Below, piece by piece: positions 32,662-41,849 of a DNA stretch of 64,000 nucleotides. Every line of letters begins with the position of its first letter. Position 1 is the stretch's first letter. The notes under the pieces were generated by a model. That model did not search any database and was not told the origin of the DNA. It saw only the letters and a program-made list of their open reading frames with translations. The translations under genes and the position numbers were made by a program. Source of the DNA: a virus; IMG/VR virus record IMGVR_UViG_3300025679_000001, positions 1-64,000 of that record. One strand, 5' to 3'.

Positions 32662-32970
32662 TCAGTCGTAGTTTCTTGGGAAACACGTGTCGCAGAGCGG
32701 GTTCCGGCACTCCTTGATTCCCTTGCGCATGTCAGCCACGACCTTGTCGTAGTCGACGCACATGGGCTGCAATTCGTGAAAGAATATGTCGTGTTCGCCG
32801 TTAGCGTTCCAGACGCGGCCGCGAGGAAGGGTGACGTTGAGAGTCACGCGGGAACCCTTGGCGTTCATGTGTCCAGTCTTAACATAAGCTCCGTACGACG
32901 CAGCCAATCGTCGCACAGACTTCATGTCCAAGACTACGTTGCTATACACTCCGTCGTTACGTATCAGCAT
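32662..32970 (-). CDS. hypothetical protein
   Basis: Start set at ATG 32970 (GGAG 9 nt upstream). Alternatives are 32979 and 32985. The long track version overlaps the upstream gene. Confidence 0.4.
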   Translation of the reverse strand: MLIRNDGVYSNVVLDMKSVRRLAASYGAYVKTGHMNAKGSRVTLNVTLPRGRVWNANGEHDIFFHELQPMCVDYDKVVADMRKGIKECRNPLCDTCFPRNYD

Positions 32971-33283
32971 CGTGAGCATCTCCATTAAGATCAGGATAGT
33001 TAAGATCAGGGAGTTCTTTGTCGACGTGGTACTTGGCGAGCGCCATCTTCGCCTCGTTGAGATACTTGTCTCGCTCGTCCGAGTCAAATGAGCCGTCGCC
33101 TTTTGTACTGGCTTCGTAAATCACCTCGCCGTCGTACTTAACGCGAAAGTAACCGTGCCTGAGACGCAGGTAGCCGTGCTTCTCACCGTCGACCATCGCG
33201 TCGTACTGCTCGGGACATGCACCGCACGTCTCGATAAGCTTGATGCCGTTGTACACTTCTAAGAACCTGTCGAGGTCGCTCAT
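32957..33283 (-). CDS. hypothetical protein
   Basis: 108-aa ORF with a GGAGGAA RBS. Confidence 0.5.
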   Translation of the reverse strand: MSDLDRFLEVYNGIKLIETCGACPEQYDAMVDGEKHGYLRLRHGYFRVKYDGEVIYEASTKGDGSFDSDERDKYLNEAKMALAKYHVDKELPDLNYPDLNGDAHDADT

Positions 33284-33310
33284 GATTGGTAGGTTCCTCC
33301 ATTAGTGACC

Positions 33311-33339
33311 AGCTTACACTAGATTCTGGTCAGTGTCAA
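33311..33339 (-). promoter_or_regulatory. sigma70-type promoter TTGACA-N17-TAAGCT
   Basis: TTGACA at 33339..33334. The spacer ends tctagtg. Confidence 0.5.
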
Positions 33340-33352
33340 CCAGAAAGATTCA

Positions 33353-33381
33353 TTGACTTTTACATCATCATGTGATAAGCT
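33353..33381 (+). promoter_or_regulatory. divergent plus-strand promoter TTGACT-N17-TAAGCT
   Basis: TTGACT at 33353..33358, 17-nt spacer, TAAGCT at 33376..33381. ATG 33405 lies behind GGAGG. Confidence 0.45.
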
Positions 33382-33404
33382 AGGAACTCAACTGGAGGAC
33401 TATC

Positions 33405-33638
33405 ATGTTACCATCAACACCATACACCCACGTCTCACTCTCGATCATCGAGATCGACGACGTCGGATCACCGACCCTCGTCACCTCTCTTGGCGACTTC
33501 AAGACGACACCCGACGCGTCAGGATTCTTCAACACCTACGCCCAGGGCAAATATCCTGTCAAGATGCAAGACACCTACAAGACCGGGATCACTAACATCT
33601 ACAAAAACGGTTACGTCGTCATACAACCGCAACGTTAA
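33405..33638 (+). CDS. hypothetical protein
   Basis: 77-aa ORF with a GGAGG RBS and its own promoter. Convergent 4-nt overlap with nrdJ. Confidence 0.5.
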   Translation: MLPSTPYTHVSLSIIEIDDVGSPTLVTSLGDFKTTPDASGFFNTYAQGKYPVKMQDTYKTGITNIYKNGYVVIQPQR

Positions 33639-35557
33639 AGAATCTCGCAGCCCCCGGCGACGCACGCCAGCTCCTGGGAACCAGTCGTAGTGTCTCCCTT
33701 CTCTATCTTGGCGAGGTTCTCCCAGTCTATGCTCTTGGGGGTCTCGGCTAGGAGAGACTTGTACGTCTTCTGGTCGATCTCCTCGTAAGGGGCCTGCTTG
33801 TAGACGTGGTCGGCGTGAGGGAGAAAGCTTACACCGGTCATGTGGTCGAAGTTCCTGTACACCCAGGCGCCGACGTCGAGCCACTCACCCTCCCTGACGG
33901 TGACGGTGATCGACGGGTTGTGGTCGCACCAATGGTCGGAATAGACCTTCCAGAGCTCGAGCTGCTCTATCGCCGTCATGTCGTCCCTGAACACGGCGTT
34001 CTTAGGCGACTCGACTGGGAAGCTGACGACCAGAGTGTGCTCGGGCTTCATCACGTCGGGCTCGACCTTGAAGCCTGAGTCGATCATCACCTGGGCTAGT
34101 GGGTCCTTGCGGTCCATGCGGGCGCGCCTGATGTAGTACTGCGAGTGCCTGGCGTGGATGCCGGAACCAGAGTTCACTAGTTGGGAGACGGTGCCGGACG
34201 GCTTAACGCAGGTGATCGCCGCAGATGGAGGAATGTTAAGTATTCCGGCCCACATCTTGTTCACTTCCCTAGCTCTAAACCTGAGCCTCGCTAGGAGATT
34301 TGGCAGGTCCTTGGACTTGCCGTTGGTGAGGGGGTTGTCCATGATCCCCGTGAGCGACACGCCGAGGAGGCGCTCCTCCTCACAGTTATGTTGCCACTTC
34401 TTGGAGATGTACTTGAAGTCTGTCAGCGTGGACTGGAACGTGCCGATGATCGCGGCCAGCTCTACTTTTCTCATGAGGTCCTCCTCAGTGTCGCCCGCCT
34501 TGATCACCACCTCGGAGAGGTTGCAGAACTCCCTGTCGCGGAGCAGGATCTCTCCGCAGGGGTTAGTGCCGAACTCGTGGTCGGAGTTGCGGGCGATCGT
34601 CTCGCACTTGGCCTTGGCGGCCATGCGGTTGAAGATCCCGCGCTCCCCGGACTTGGAGTCGTAGAGAGCTTTCCACTCGTCCATGAACACCCCGACCTCG
34701 GGCTTCTCTGTGTAAGCGGCTGAGTTGTTGGCCAGTCTGCGATGTCCCTGAGTCTCCCACCACTGACCGGACTTGGCGGAGCGCATTCGGTCGTCGCTGA
34801 GGTTGGACAGCGAGATGAGGGCTGACCTGCGAACGCCACCAACGACCACGATGTCGGCGATCTTACAGACTAGGTCGTGGGCTTCCAAGGATGAGAGTTT
34901 TCTGCCGGCCGCCTTCTTGAACATAGACACCGTAAACTCGAAGAGTTCGACCAGGGGCGCGGGCCCTGAAGCCCTGCCACCAAAAGTCATGAGCGGGGCG
35001 CCAGCCGGGCGAACTGCCGAGACGTCCCAGGACGGGATCTGTCCAGTGTAAAGTAGAGAGATGAGCTCCTTGAGACCCTTAGCCCACCCGAGTTTGGAGT
35101 CCTGAACCTTGATCACGATGTCCGACTTGTGAAACTCTTCACCAATTGCGGGGAGCTGGGAGACGAACTGACGCTCTACCGAGAAGCCGACTCCGGTGCC
35201 GCACATCAGAATGTAGAGGAGTTCGTCGAAAGCGGCGACTCGGTTTATAGCCAGGAAGCTGCAGTTGTACGCCGCGATGTGGTCGCGGGAGAGAGCGGGA
35301 CCAGCAGTCATCATGGTCCTCATGGATGGCATGACGTCGAGACTTAGGATGTGGTCGCGAATCGTGGCCATCGTCTTGTGTACGGTGGCGCTAGAGGTTC
35401 CGCCAGTAACATTGTCTATGTGCTCGTTGAAGAAGTCGACCCACCTGTTGACGGTCTCCTCCCAGGTCTCTCTCCTAGCTAGCTCGTGGTTGTATCGCGA
35501 ATAGCGCGACATGTGAATGTAAGACTGAAAAACAGTTGGTAGTGTAGTCTGGGTCAT
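33635..35557 (-). CDS. nrdJ: class II (adenosylcobalamin-dependent) ribonucleotide reductase
   Basis: 640-aa ORF. YNCSFL, GTGVGFSV, GGVRRSA, GTNPCGEILL and FCNLSEV are RNR class II core motifs. Confidence 0.85.
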   Translation of the reverse strand: MTQTTLPTVFQSYIHMSRYSRYNHELARRETWEETVNRWVDFFNEHIDNVTGGTSSATVHKTMATIRDHILSLDVMPSMRTMMTAGPALSRDHIAAYNCSFLAINRVAAFDELLYILMCGTGVGFSVERQFVSQLPAIGEEFHKSDIVIKVQDSKLGWAKGLKELISLLYTGQIPSWDVSAVRPAGAPLMTFGGRASGPAPLVELFEFTVSMFKKAAGRKLSSLEAHDLVCKIADIVVVGGVRRSALISLSNLSDDRMRSAKSGQWWETQGHRRLANNSAAYTEKPEVGVFMDEWKALYDSKSGERGIFNRMAAKAKCETIARNSDHEFGTNPCGEILLRDREFCNLSEVVIKAGDTEEDLMRKVELAAIIGTFQSTLTDFKYISKKWQHNCEEERLLGVSLTGIMDNPLTNGKSKDLPNLLARLRFRAREVNKMWAGILNIPPSAAITCVKPSGTVSQLVNSGSGIHARHSQYYIRRARMDRKDPLAQVMIDSGFKVEPDVMKPEHTLVVSFPVESPKNAVFRDDMTAIEQLELWKVYSDHWCDHNPSITVTVREGEWLDVGAWVYRNFDHMTGVSFLPHADHVYKQAPYEEIDQKTYKSLLAETPKSIDWENLAKIEKGDTTTGSQELACVAGGCEIL

Positions 35558-35583
35558 CCGACCTCTCCTTGTGCATGTTGTTC

Positions 35584-35952
35584 TTAATTTTTCTCGCTAA
35601 TGATCTGAACGACTTTGATCCCAGCCTTGTGGGCGAGAGAGATCGTGTTATTAGTTCCGTTGTTTCCGGGGAAGGCTACGACCAGGTCCGGGTTCATCGC
35701 CACCATGTCGGCGTTTCGCTTAAAGCCCGCTGCCTTGTCGTAACTGCCGTCCGGCTGGCGCTTCCAGTCCGCCGGGCAAGAGGTCTCGCTGACGCCCCGC
35801 TCCCGCGCCCAGAACCCAGCGGCTTTGTCTGCGCCTCTCGAGTTGCCGTGGATCACCTCGGTAAACTGACTCGCGGCGTGGTAGTGGTCTAGGATCCTAA
35901 AGACCGCGTCGACGTCGTCGTACTCCCTGCCTCCGCAGACTAGGACTCTCAC
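35584..35952 (-). CDS. DUF2493 / SLOG-family protein
   Basis: 122-aa ORF. RVLVCGGREY...VIHGNSRGADKAAGFWA...PADW...AGFKRNADMV...VVAFPGNNGT. Confidence 0.6.
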   Translation of the reverse strand: MRVLVCGGREYDDVDAVFRILDHYHAASQFTEVIHGNSRGADKAAGFWARERGVSETSCPADWKRQPDGSYDKAAGFKRNADMVAMNPDLVVAFPGNNGTNNTISLAHKAGIKVVQIISEKN

Positions 35953-36182
35953 TTTTTGTTGTCCGGCTTCATCAGATTGTTGGTTGGCTTCATCAGCGCC
36001 TCGATGATACGTTCCCGTTGGGACGCCTCGAACTCTTCCAGAGTCATCCCCTTCTCCTTAGCGAACTCGCGGTCGATCTCGTCTCTCAAGATCTCGGCGA
36101 GCTGCTGTTCTATCCACTCCTGGGTGTAACCTTGGTCGAGGACGACCTGGTAGAACTCTGGGCTGACTTCAAGTTTCTTCAT
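35949..36182 (-). CDS. hypothetical protein
   Basis: Trimmed to ATG 36182 (MKKLEVSPEF), ATGA-coupled to the primase gene. Confidence 0.45.
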   Translation of the reverse strand: MKKLEVSPEFYQVVLDQGYTQEWIEQQLAEILRDEIDREFAKEKGMTLEEFEASQRERIIEALMKPTNNLMKPDNKK

Positions 36183-37198
36183 ATCTTCTTCCACTTCCCG
36201 AACTCGATCAGGGCCTGGAGACCCTTGAAGGTCCTGGCCCTGATGATGGCGTACGGGTCCTGACCCGCCTGGTGCATGTCGTTGATGTCTTTTTCGTGCA
36301 GGCCTTCGGGCCAGATCACGACTCGTTCTCCGGCGTCGATGTTCTTCTTGATGATCCTAGTGATCTCGGGCGAGCGGGGCTCGTTGTCGGAGACGATGAT
36401 GCGGTGCGGGATCCAGTCGAGCTTCCTGCTCGACGTTCCCATCGCCACGGCGTTAGGAACAAACAGACTGTCGATCGGACCTTCTACCACGTACACATCT
36501 TCCTTAAGGTTGGCCCGGTCCATCCCGAACGCGCCAGGTTCGTCGCTAGTACGAATGGCGACATATTTAGGTTCCTCACCGTTGATAGATCTCCCAGTGT
36601 AGGACAATATATTTTTTTTGTCGTTGCGGAACGGGAACACGATCCTGCCTATATCGTGCCTCACTGCCGCCTCGGAGAACTTCTCCGGGATGAGCTTCTC
36701 GTTGACCCACCTGAAGAAGGACTCGCACCACCACGCGTCAGACGTTCCTGACTTGGGCAACCCCCTGCTGTTCCAGTAGGTTACTGCTGGGTGAGACAAC
36801 GGGAGGTCTGAGAGTCGAACCAGACCCGGAGGCGCCTGTACAGTAGGGCCCTCGAAGTGGTTACGGGTCCTGTCTTCCTTCTCGACGAAGCGCCTCTTCG
36901 TCGGGTCCTCCTTGAGGAACTCTGCCGAGTACTCCGCGTACAGTTGCTGACTGACATGCTTGAGGAGGCTCCTGAGCGTCAGAGACTTTCCGCAGTTGTG
37001 GCACTTGAAGATAGCGCCACCGTCCTGAGTCCTGAAGATGAAGCCCCGAGCTTTGGTCTTCGATCGCTTGGAGTCGCCGCACACTGGGCAGCGAAAGTTG
37101 GCCTCGAGGGGAGACTGCTTGACGACCTTGAAGCGGTCCACGTAGAAGGACAGCTGCATGATGTACTTGTCGTCGACCCACGGGAGACTCTGCTGCAT
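36179..37198 (-). CDS. gp61: DNA primase gp61-like
   Basis: 339-aa ORF. Zinc ribbon FRCPVCGDSKRSKTKARGFIF...CHNCG. TOPRIM region YVVEGPIDSLF...VSDNEPR..EI...DAGERVVIW...KDINDM aligns along T4 gp61. Confidence 0.9.
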   Translation of the reverse strand: MQQSLPWVDDKYIMQLSFYVDRFKVVKQSPLEANFRCPVCGDSKRSKTKARGFIFRTQDGGAIFKCHNCGKSLTLRSLLKHVSQQLYAEYSAEFLKEDPTKRRFVEKEDRTRNHFEGPTVQAPPGLVRLSDLPLSHPAVTYWNSRGLPKSGTSDAWWCESFFRWVNEKLIPEKFSEAAVRHDIGRIVFPFRNDKKNILSYTGRSINGEEPKYVAIRTSDEPGAFGMDRANLKEDVYVVEGPIDSLFVPNAVAMGTSSRKLDWIPHRIIVSDNEPRSPEITRIIKKNIDAGERVVIWPEGLHEKDINDMHQAGQDPYAIIRARTFKGLQALIEFGKWKKI

Positions 37199-37211
37199 AG
37201 TAGCATGTTTA

Positions 37212-37406
37212 CTACAGCTTGTTAGTTTTTGGAACTTTGCTAGATGAAGATTCCTTCAGGCTTGAGATGTATTCGTTCATTTCGTCGGTAGGAGCGTGAT
37301 TGACGTACTTCCAGTTCTCGTCGAACATGGTAGACGACCAGACTGATGAGTAGCCGGGCACTGACGGATCGGGATAGTGCTTGTACTTGATCATGGAGAA
37401 TTTCAT
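37212..37406 (-). CDS. hypothetical protein
   Basis: 64-aa ORF. Confidence 0.45.
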   Translation of the reverse strand: MKFSMIKYKHYPDPSVPGYSSVWSSTMFDENWKYVNHAPTDEMNEYISSLKESSSSKVPKTNKL

Positions 37407-37621
37407 TCTACAAGGCCGGCTTTCTTAAGGTCGCCCATCAAGTCCCGAAACTTAACTTTTTCCCACATTCCGTCGCCCGGGGAGATGCAGAATATTGCCA
37501 GGAAAGTGTGGCCTGTATGAGTCCAGACGACCCGATAGTGTTTACCACCGACGGTCGCTGATACCATCCGACCACCGACCCTCTCGACGACGCGTTTGAT
37601 CTTTCTCGGACTACAGTGCAT
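37403..37621 (-). CDS. hypothetical protein
   Basis: 72-aa ORF, coupled. Confidence 0.45.
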   Translation of the reverse strand: MHCSPRKIKRVVERVGGRMVSATVGGKHYRVVWTHTGHTFLAIFCISPGDGMWEKVKFRDLMGDLKKAGLVE

Positions 37622-37808
37622 CGTTCTTCTCTAGCAATCTGCGGCGCTTAATGATATATTCAGTAAGACCGCCAATGAACAAGCCGCAGAAGAAACTACC
37701 GACGGCGCTCGGTTCGAACGTGGCGATCTTCTCGCCCTCCTGGTTCAAGACGTGCCAGCCGTCCTCAGCCTGATCGAGATATACTGTCCTCTTGGGTTTT
37801 TCGCTCAT
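37611..37808 (-). CDS. small membrane-anchored protein
   Basis: 65-aa ORF with a GGAGGTG RBS. C-terminal TM helix GSFFCGLFIGGLTEYII. Confidence 0.5.
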   Translation of the reverse strand: MSEKPKRTVYLDQAEDGWHVLNQEGEKIATFEPSAVGSFFCGLFIGGLTEYIIKRRRLLEKNDAL

Positions 37809-38280
37809 CTTTCACCTCCATCAGTTGCTTAGCTAGTCTCGAGCACTCGCGCACCACGTACGGGACGTCCTTGTAGATCCCGAACTCTAGGATCCCACGC
37901 GGTATGCCAATCTTAGCGTCCGTCGCCCTCATCCCGGGAGACATGTCGTTCAGGTGAGCGCAGTCGAACCCGAGCCACCAGACTAGGTCGTCCTCGCCCT
38001 CCTCGACGAGGTGACAGATCCCATGCTCGTCTTCAGCACAGGTGTCCGCGAACGTTAGGCCGCCGTGAACAGTGACGTCGCAGTCGTTGTAGCCCTTCTT
38101 AAAGAACGGGTGATCTTTGGACACGCCGACGTAACCGCACAGGCTGCCGAGGGTGTTTCTCACTATGAGGCACGGCATACCCGTCGCGTTGTCGACGTAC
38201 TGGATCTTGTCAGGCTCGGCCTGCCATGGGCCCGGGCCCCACGAAGACTTGTCGTGCGTCTTATACTCTATTCTCTTCAT
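37765..38280 (-). CDS. conserved-looking hypothetical protein
   Basis: 171-aa ORF with the motifs GPGPWQAEPD, LCGYVGV, VHGGLTF and LGFDCAHLND. Confidence 0.5.
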   Translation of the reverse strand: MKRIEYKTHDKSSWGPGPWQAEPDKIQYVDNATGMPCLIVRNTLGSLCGYVGVSKDHPFFKKGYNDCDVTVHGGLTFADTCAEDEHGICHLVEEGEDDLVWWLGFDCAHLNDMSPGMRATDAKIGIPRGILEFGIYKDVPYVVRECSRLAKQLMEVKDERKTQEDSISRSG

Positions 38281-38641
38281 TCTGGACTCTCGGTTGAGGG
38301 TTACGCAACCAGTCTATCGTCAACGCAATCTCTCCGCGAAGGACTCCCATCATCCTGGTGCGCTGAGTTTCTTGGTCTAACTCGTCATGAATTCCGATAG
38401 GCGAAAAGAGGTAATTGGCTCTTTTTTCGGTCAGGCTGAGCGATCTTGTAGCATACAGTACAACACTGTCAATGTCGGGCGCGTCATAACGTTCTTTAAT
38501 AACCAACCACCCTGCAATGCAGCACGCAGTACCGCACTCTCCGCTTGAGCTAACAGTTATCTGGTGTGGTTGAAAGGTTGACATGTCTACGAGCTTGTCC
38601 TCGATATAGGTAGCCAACTCGCACATCTTCTTGGTGTCCAT
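38261..38641 (-). CDS. family-A small Cys-motif protein (paralogue 3)
   Basis: 126 aa. MDTKKMCELATYIE...ECGTACCIAGW...LSLTEKRANYLFSP...RTRMMGVLRGEIALTIDWL. Confidence 0.6.
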   Translation of the reverse strand: MDTKKMCELATYIEDKLVDMSTFQPHQITVSSSGECGTACCIAGWLVIKERYDAPDIDSVVLYATRSLSLTEKRANYLFSPIGIHDELDQETQRTRMMGVLRGEIALTIDWLRNPQPRVQNEENRV

Positions 38642-38867
38642 GACGAAGTCTCCTAGTTAAAAATCGGTAGGAGGGCGGTCATGCTCGCACACTTCGAACA
38701 CTACCCCTCCCAGCCGTCGCTCCTCCCCTGTGGTCCCAGGGGTGTCTCGAAGTGCTAGGTACGTCGGCCCAGGGTGTGTGTCGGTCTTAACTTGGAGGAA
38801 ACGACCGTCCCAGGGAACTATACCATCTCTAAATCAGCGTTAGCGGGAGCAAACGATAATGTACTAT

Positions 38868-38896
38868 GATCTATACCGCATCCCTGTCGGTGTCAA
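38868..38896 (-). promoter_or_regulatory. sigma70-type promoter TTGACA-N17-TAGATC
   Basis: TTGACA at 38896..38891. Followed by a ~220-nt leader before ATG 38641. Confidence 0.45.
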
Positions 38897-38899
38897 CTG

Positions 38900-39220
38900 C
38901 TATTTTTCGTAATAGTGGCGGTAGGCCAGGATCACTGCCCTTTGCTGCTTGACGTAGCGCAGGACGTCAGCTTGGTTCGACAAGTTTACCTTGAAGCCAT
39001 CCACCGTCAAGCCGACGAGCACTCCACCGTGGGACGCCAACACTTGAGCTACGTTCTTCTCGTTGATGATCACCCAGTCGATCTTTTCTTGGGTCACCGG
39101 CGCTGGATCTTCTAGGTTAAGAGGAGGGTGTGTCTCTACCTGCGCGACTCGAATGGTGACTGGGGAGGTGCACCCAGCCAGCGCGAACGCCGTTAGAGCG
39201 ACTATAGCAAGTCTGGACAT
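38900..39220 (-). CDS. lipoprotein (candidate o-spanin)
   Basis: 106-aa ORF with the lipobox LTAFALAGC. The start is embedded 19 nt inside the preceding TM/coiled-coil gene. Confidence 0.4.
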   Translation of the reverse strand: MSRLAIVALTAFALAGCTSPVTIRVAQVETHPPLNLEDPAPVTQEKIDWVIINEKNVAQVLASHGGVLVGLTVDGFKVNLSNQADVLRYVKQQRAVILAYRHYYEK

Positions 39221-39669
39221 ACTGTGTTCTTCTCCCCTGAAACCTTTGTCGCTCCAGAGGCCAGCTCGATGCAGCGCTGGACCATAGTCTCCTGGTCGTT
39301 GAGGAGCTTCTCAGTCTCGTCCGGGGTGTCAGTGGTAAACTCAGAGACGTTCAGGTTCTTGATGAACGCTTGGACCCGCGCCGCGTCGATGTTCGCGCTC
39401 AGCATTCCAGCGTACAGGTCGGAGAGTACTTTTCTCTGGAGCACGAAGTTGTTCTTCAGCGTCGCGATGGTGACGCTGTCCTCGGCAGTCTGGGTCTTGT
39501 ACACGACGTTCTCGTTAGTCAGCTTGGTGAGCTGGTTCTCTGTTCGGACTACGTACCCGTAGCCGATGGCGACTGACGATACGCCGACGACGATCAGGCC
39601 GATGTTGACGTACTTGCTAATGCCTTGAGCAGCAATGTCGGTCAGGATCGAACCGATAGTTATCGCCAT
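39202..39669 (-). CDS. N-terminally anchored periplasmic coiled-coil protein (candidate i-spanin)
   Basis: 155-aa ORF. TM helix VNIGLIVVGVSSVAIGYGYVV followed by a helical region. Overlaps the lipoprotein gene. Confidence 0.4.
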   Translation of the reverse strand: MAITIGSILTDIAAQGISKYVNIGLIVVGVSSVAIGYGYVVRTENQLTKLTNENVVYKTQTAEDSVTIATLKNNFVLQRKVLSDLYAGMLSANIDAARVQAFIKNLNVSEFTTDTPDETEKLLNDQETMVQRCIELASGATKVSGEKNTVCPDLL

Positions 39670-40100
39670 AGCGATCTCCTTTTTCTTTTTCTAGCTGGGA
39701 CTTTAGGTGCCGCTGGCAGTGATCCTGCCGGGACTCCGAGTCCGGCTACTTGACCGCTTCCTGCGCTGTTAGTTGGCGCGTCGTCGATCAAGAGCTGTGA
39801 CTCCATGAGGGTCGCCGCGGCTTCCATGGCCTCGCCGACGTTCTCCTCCCCCTCCTTCACTAAGTACACCGCGGCGGCTATCGACGACAGTGATCCCTTC
39901 GGCAGCAGCCTCTTTATGTTCAGTACGGTGAGGTCGAAGACGCCGAAGGTGTCGGCTTCCGCTCCGGTGAGGGAGGACCTCTTCCTGAGAATGTTCCCGT
40001 CGCCGTCGATGATCCCGTACTTATAGGCCGGCCACTTCTCGAAAGGTTGTACTAGCCTCTTGACGAACTGGTACGCCATGTATGTGTCCACTACTCTCAT
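39660..40100 (-). CDS. hypothetical protein
   Basis: 146-aa ORF with a basic C-terminus KVPARKRKRRSLWR. Confidence 0.45.
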   Translation of the reverse strand: MRVVDTYMAYQFVKRLVQPFEKWPAYKYGIIDGDGNILRKRSSLTGAEADTFGVFDLTVLNIKRLLPKGSLSSIAAAVYLVKEGEENVGEAMEAAATLMESQLLIDDAPTNSAGSGQVAGLGVPAGSLPAAPKVPARKRKRRSLWR

Positions 40101-40471
40101 ATCAGCTCCAGAACTTTCGTGATCTCGGGGTCGGCCGGAATCTTCTCGTTGGGGATCATCATCCCGCCGATCTCGACGCTCAGGGGCATCTTTCCCATGA
40201 TGACTAGGAAAGGCTTGAGGAAACCCTCTGAACCCCTCATCTTAAAAAACAACATCTTCGAGGCTTGCGGTCCGAAGAGGTTATAGATCACGGTGATGTG
40301 GTTGAGGATGAGGCGCTCCTTGAGCTCGCCGGTCTCGGCGTAGCGATTGAAGAGTCGCTTTAAGTATTTGAAGTGCTTCAAGTCTTCTTGAAACTCGTCG
40401 ACGCTCTCGCACGACGGATTGTCGTAGTTGTGCATCGCGAATATAAGAAAGTTTTCGTCCCTGAGTCTCAT
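40097..40471 (-). CDS. hypothetical protein
   Basis: 124-aa ORF, ATGA-coupled. Confidence 0.5.
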   Translation of the reverse strand: MRLRDENFLIFAMHNYDNPSCESVDEFQEDLKHFKYLKRLFNRYAETGELKERLILNHITVIYNLFGPQASKMLFFKMRGSEGFLKPFLVIMGKMPLSVEIGGMMIPNEKIPADPEITKVLELI

Positions 40472-40490
40472 TGCGATACCGAAGTACGCG

Positions 40491-40883
40491 TTAGAACGTG
40501 CTAGCCAACACGCGTTTATATGACGTGGAGTTGGCCTGAAGGTAGATGTAGCTTCCGTCCGACCAGATTATTCCGGCCTCACCGGCGATTACACCGCTCG
40601 TGGAGTTGGCCGGGGTGTTGTTCTTTGTGACTATGAAGTTGTTGGAGACCAAGTAGTTCGCCGTCTTGAAGACCACGTTTCCAGAAGCGGTGATCGTGTT
40701 CGCTGCCAGCGATCCAGATACGGAGACGTTGGCCAAGAAGTTGGCGTTTGACGGGATGGCGTTGACCAGCGAGGCCAGCGTCATCTTGTAAGTCGTCGGT
40801 CCGGCTATCGAAACTACGACCAGGAGGTCGTTCGCCGTGATAGTGGTGTAGACACTTAAGTCCGTGATCTTGCGTGAGGCCAA
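40491..40883 (-). CDS. putative virion fibre/decoration protein
   Basis: 130-aa ORF, Ser/Thr/Asn/Ala-rich and beta-rich. N-terminus KITDLSVYTTITANDLLVV is typical of fibre N-termini. Confidence 0.4.
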   Translation of the reverse strand: MASRKITDLSVYTTITANDLLVVVSIAGPTTYKMTLASLVNAIPSNANFLANVSVSGSLAANTITASGNVVFKTANYLVSNNFIVTKNNTPANSTSGVIAGEAGIIWSDGSYIYLQANSTSYKRVLASTF

Positions 40884-40909
40884 TTGTTAGTACTCCAATG
40901 ATGATAGCG

Positions 40910-41644
40910 TTAAGGGAAGACTGAGTTAGCGACCGGGTTCTTGATGTCGCCTACCAGTACTACTGTGTTGTCGACGAAGATCCTTCCGGCCTTGCCGCCG
41001 AGGACCGGCGTGACGGTTCCCTTGACTCCGGTGGACGTGGTGACGGTTACGTTAGAGGTGTTGGTGAAGCCTGACCCAGAGGTGTTGACGGTGATCGTCT
41101 GGATCTGCCCGGAGACGCCGAAGCTAGAAGCTGCGTTCGTGGCCGACCACGTCGAAGTGATGTTCAGGAACGATGAGTTGACGACTTGGTTGATCTTCTT
41201 AGAGTCAGCCGCGGTGCTGTTGGTGTAGGCGAAGATGAAGTCGCCGTTGGTGTACAGGGCCAAGAGGTTAGCCGAGGAAGCGATCGCGTTGGCGCCGGCG
41301 GAGAGGATAGCTACTGTTCCGGCCAGGTTGGCGGAGAAGCCGACCACGATGGTCGCAGAAGCGTTGATCACTCCCACTGTTCCGTTGCCGTCTACTGAGA
41401 TGGTGTCAGCGTTAGCGTAGCCGGACCCAGTGTTGGCGATGAGCATGGAGCTGACGCCGCCGGTTCCAAAACGTAGGGTGACCCATCCCTGGGACACGCC
41501 TTTTCCTAGCCAAGGAGTGTCCTGAGCCATAGCCTTGGAGACGCCGTAGACTCGGTTGTTCGTCGAATTCGCACCGAGGACGTACTCCCTCGAGGTCCAC
41601 TTCGGTAGGCCGGTCGGGTCGTCGTTAGCTGTCCAGAGTGGCAT
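40910..41644 (-). CDS. putative virion fibre/surface protein
   Basis: 244-aa ORF, low-complexity and rich in G/S/T/N/A/V. Confidence 0.4.
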   Translation of the reverse strand: MPLWTANDDPTGLPKWTSREYVLGANSTNNRVYGVSKAMAQDTPWLGKGVSQGWVTLRFGTGGVSSMLIANTGSGYANADTISVDGNGTVGVINASATIVVGFSANLAGTVAILSAGANAIASSANLLALYTNGDFIFAYTNSTAADSKKINQVVNSSFLNITSTWSATNAASSFGVSGQIQTITVNTSGSGFTNTSNVTVTTSTGVKGTVTPVLGGKAGRIFVDNTVVLVGDIKNPVANSVFP

Positions 41645-41645
41645 T

Positions 41646-41849
41646 TTACTTATCTCCCTTGGCGACCATCTGCTCGATATACTCCGAGCTCTTCAGGTCT
41701 CTCGATCTAGTGATCGTGTTTGTTTCTGCATTATTTATATTCGAAGGATCGGTCCCGATCTCCTCGCTCAGACTTACTCGAGACGCTGGAAGAGGCGTGT
41801 CGTACACTACGACCCCTCCGACTACGAGTCTTCTTGCTATCATCGGCAC
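41646..41849 (-). CDS. hypothetical protein
   Basis: 67-aa ORF. Confidence 0.4.
   Translation of the reverse strand: MPMIARRLVVGGVVVYDTPLPASRVSLSEEIGTDPSNINNAETNTITRSRDLKSSEYIEQMVAKGDK
41732..41739 (-). promoter_or_regulatory. T4-type late promoter box TATAAATA
   Basis: Exact TATAAATA on the coding strand, about 88 nt upstream of ATG 41644 (putative structural gene). Lies inside the 67-aa ORF. Confidence 0.35.
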
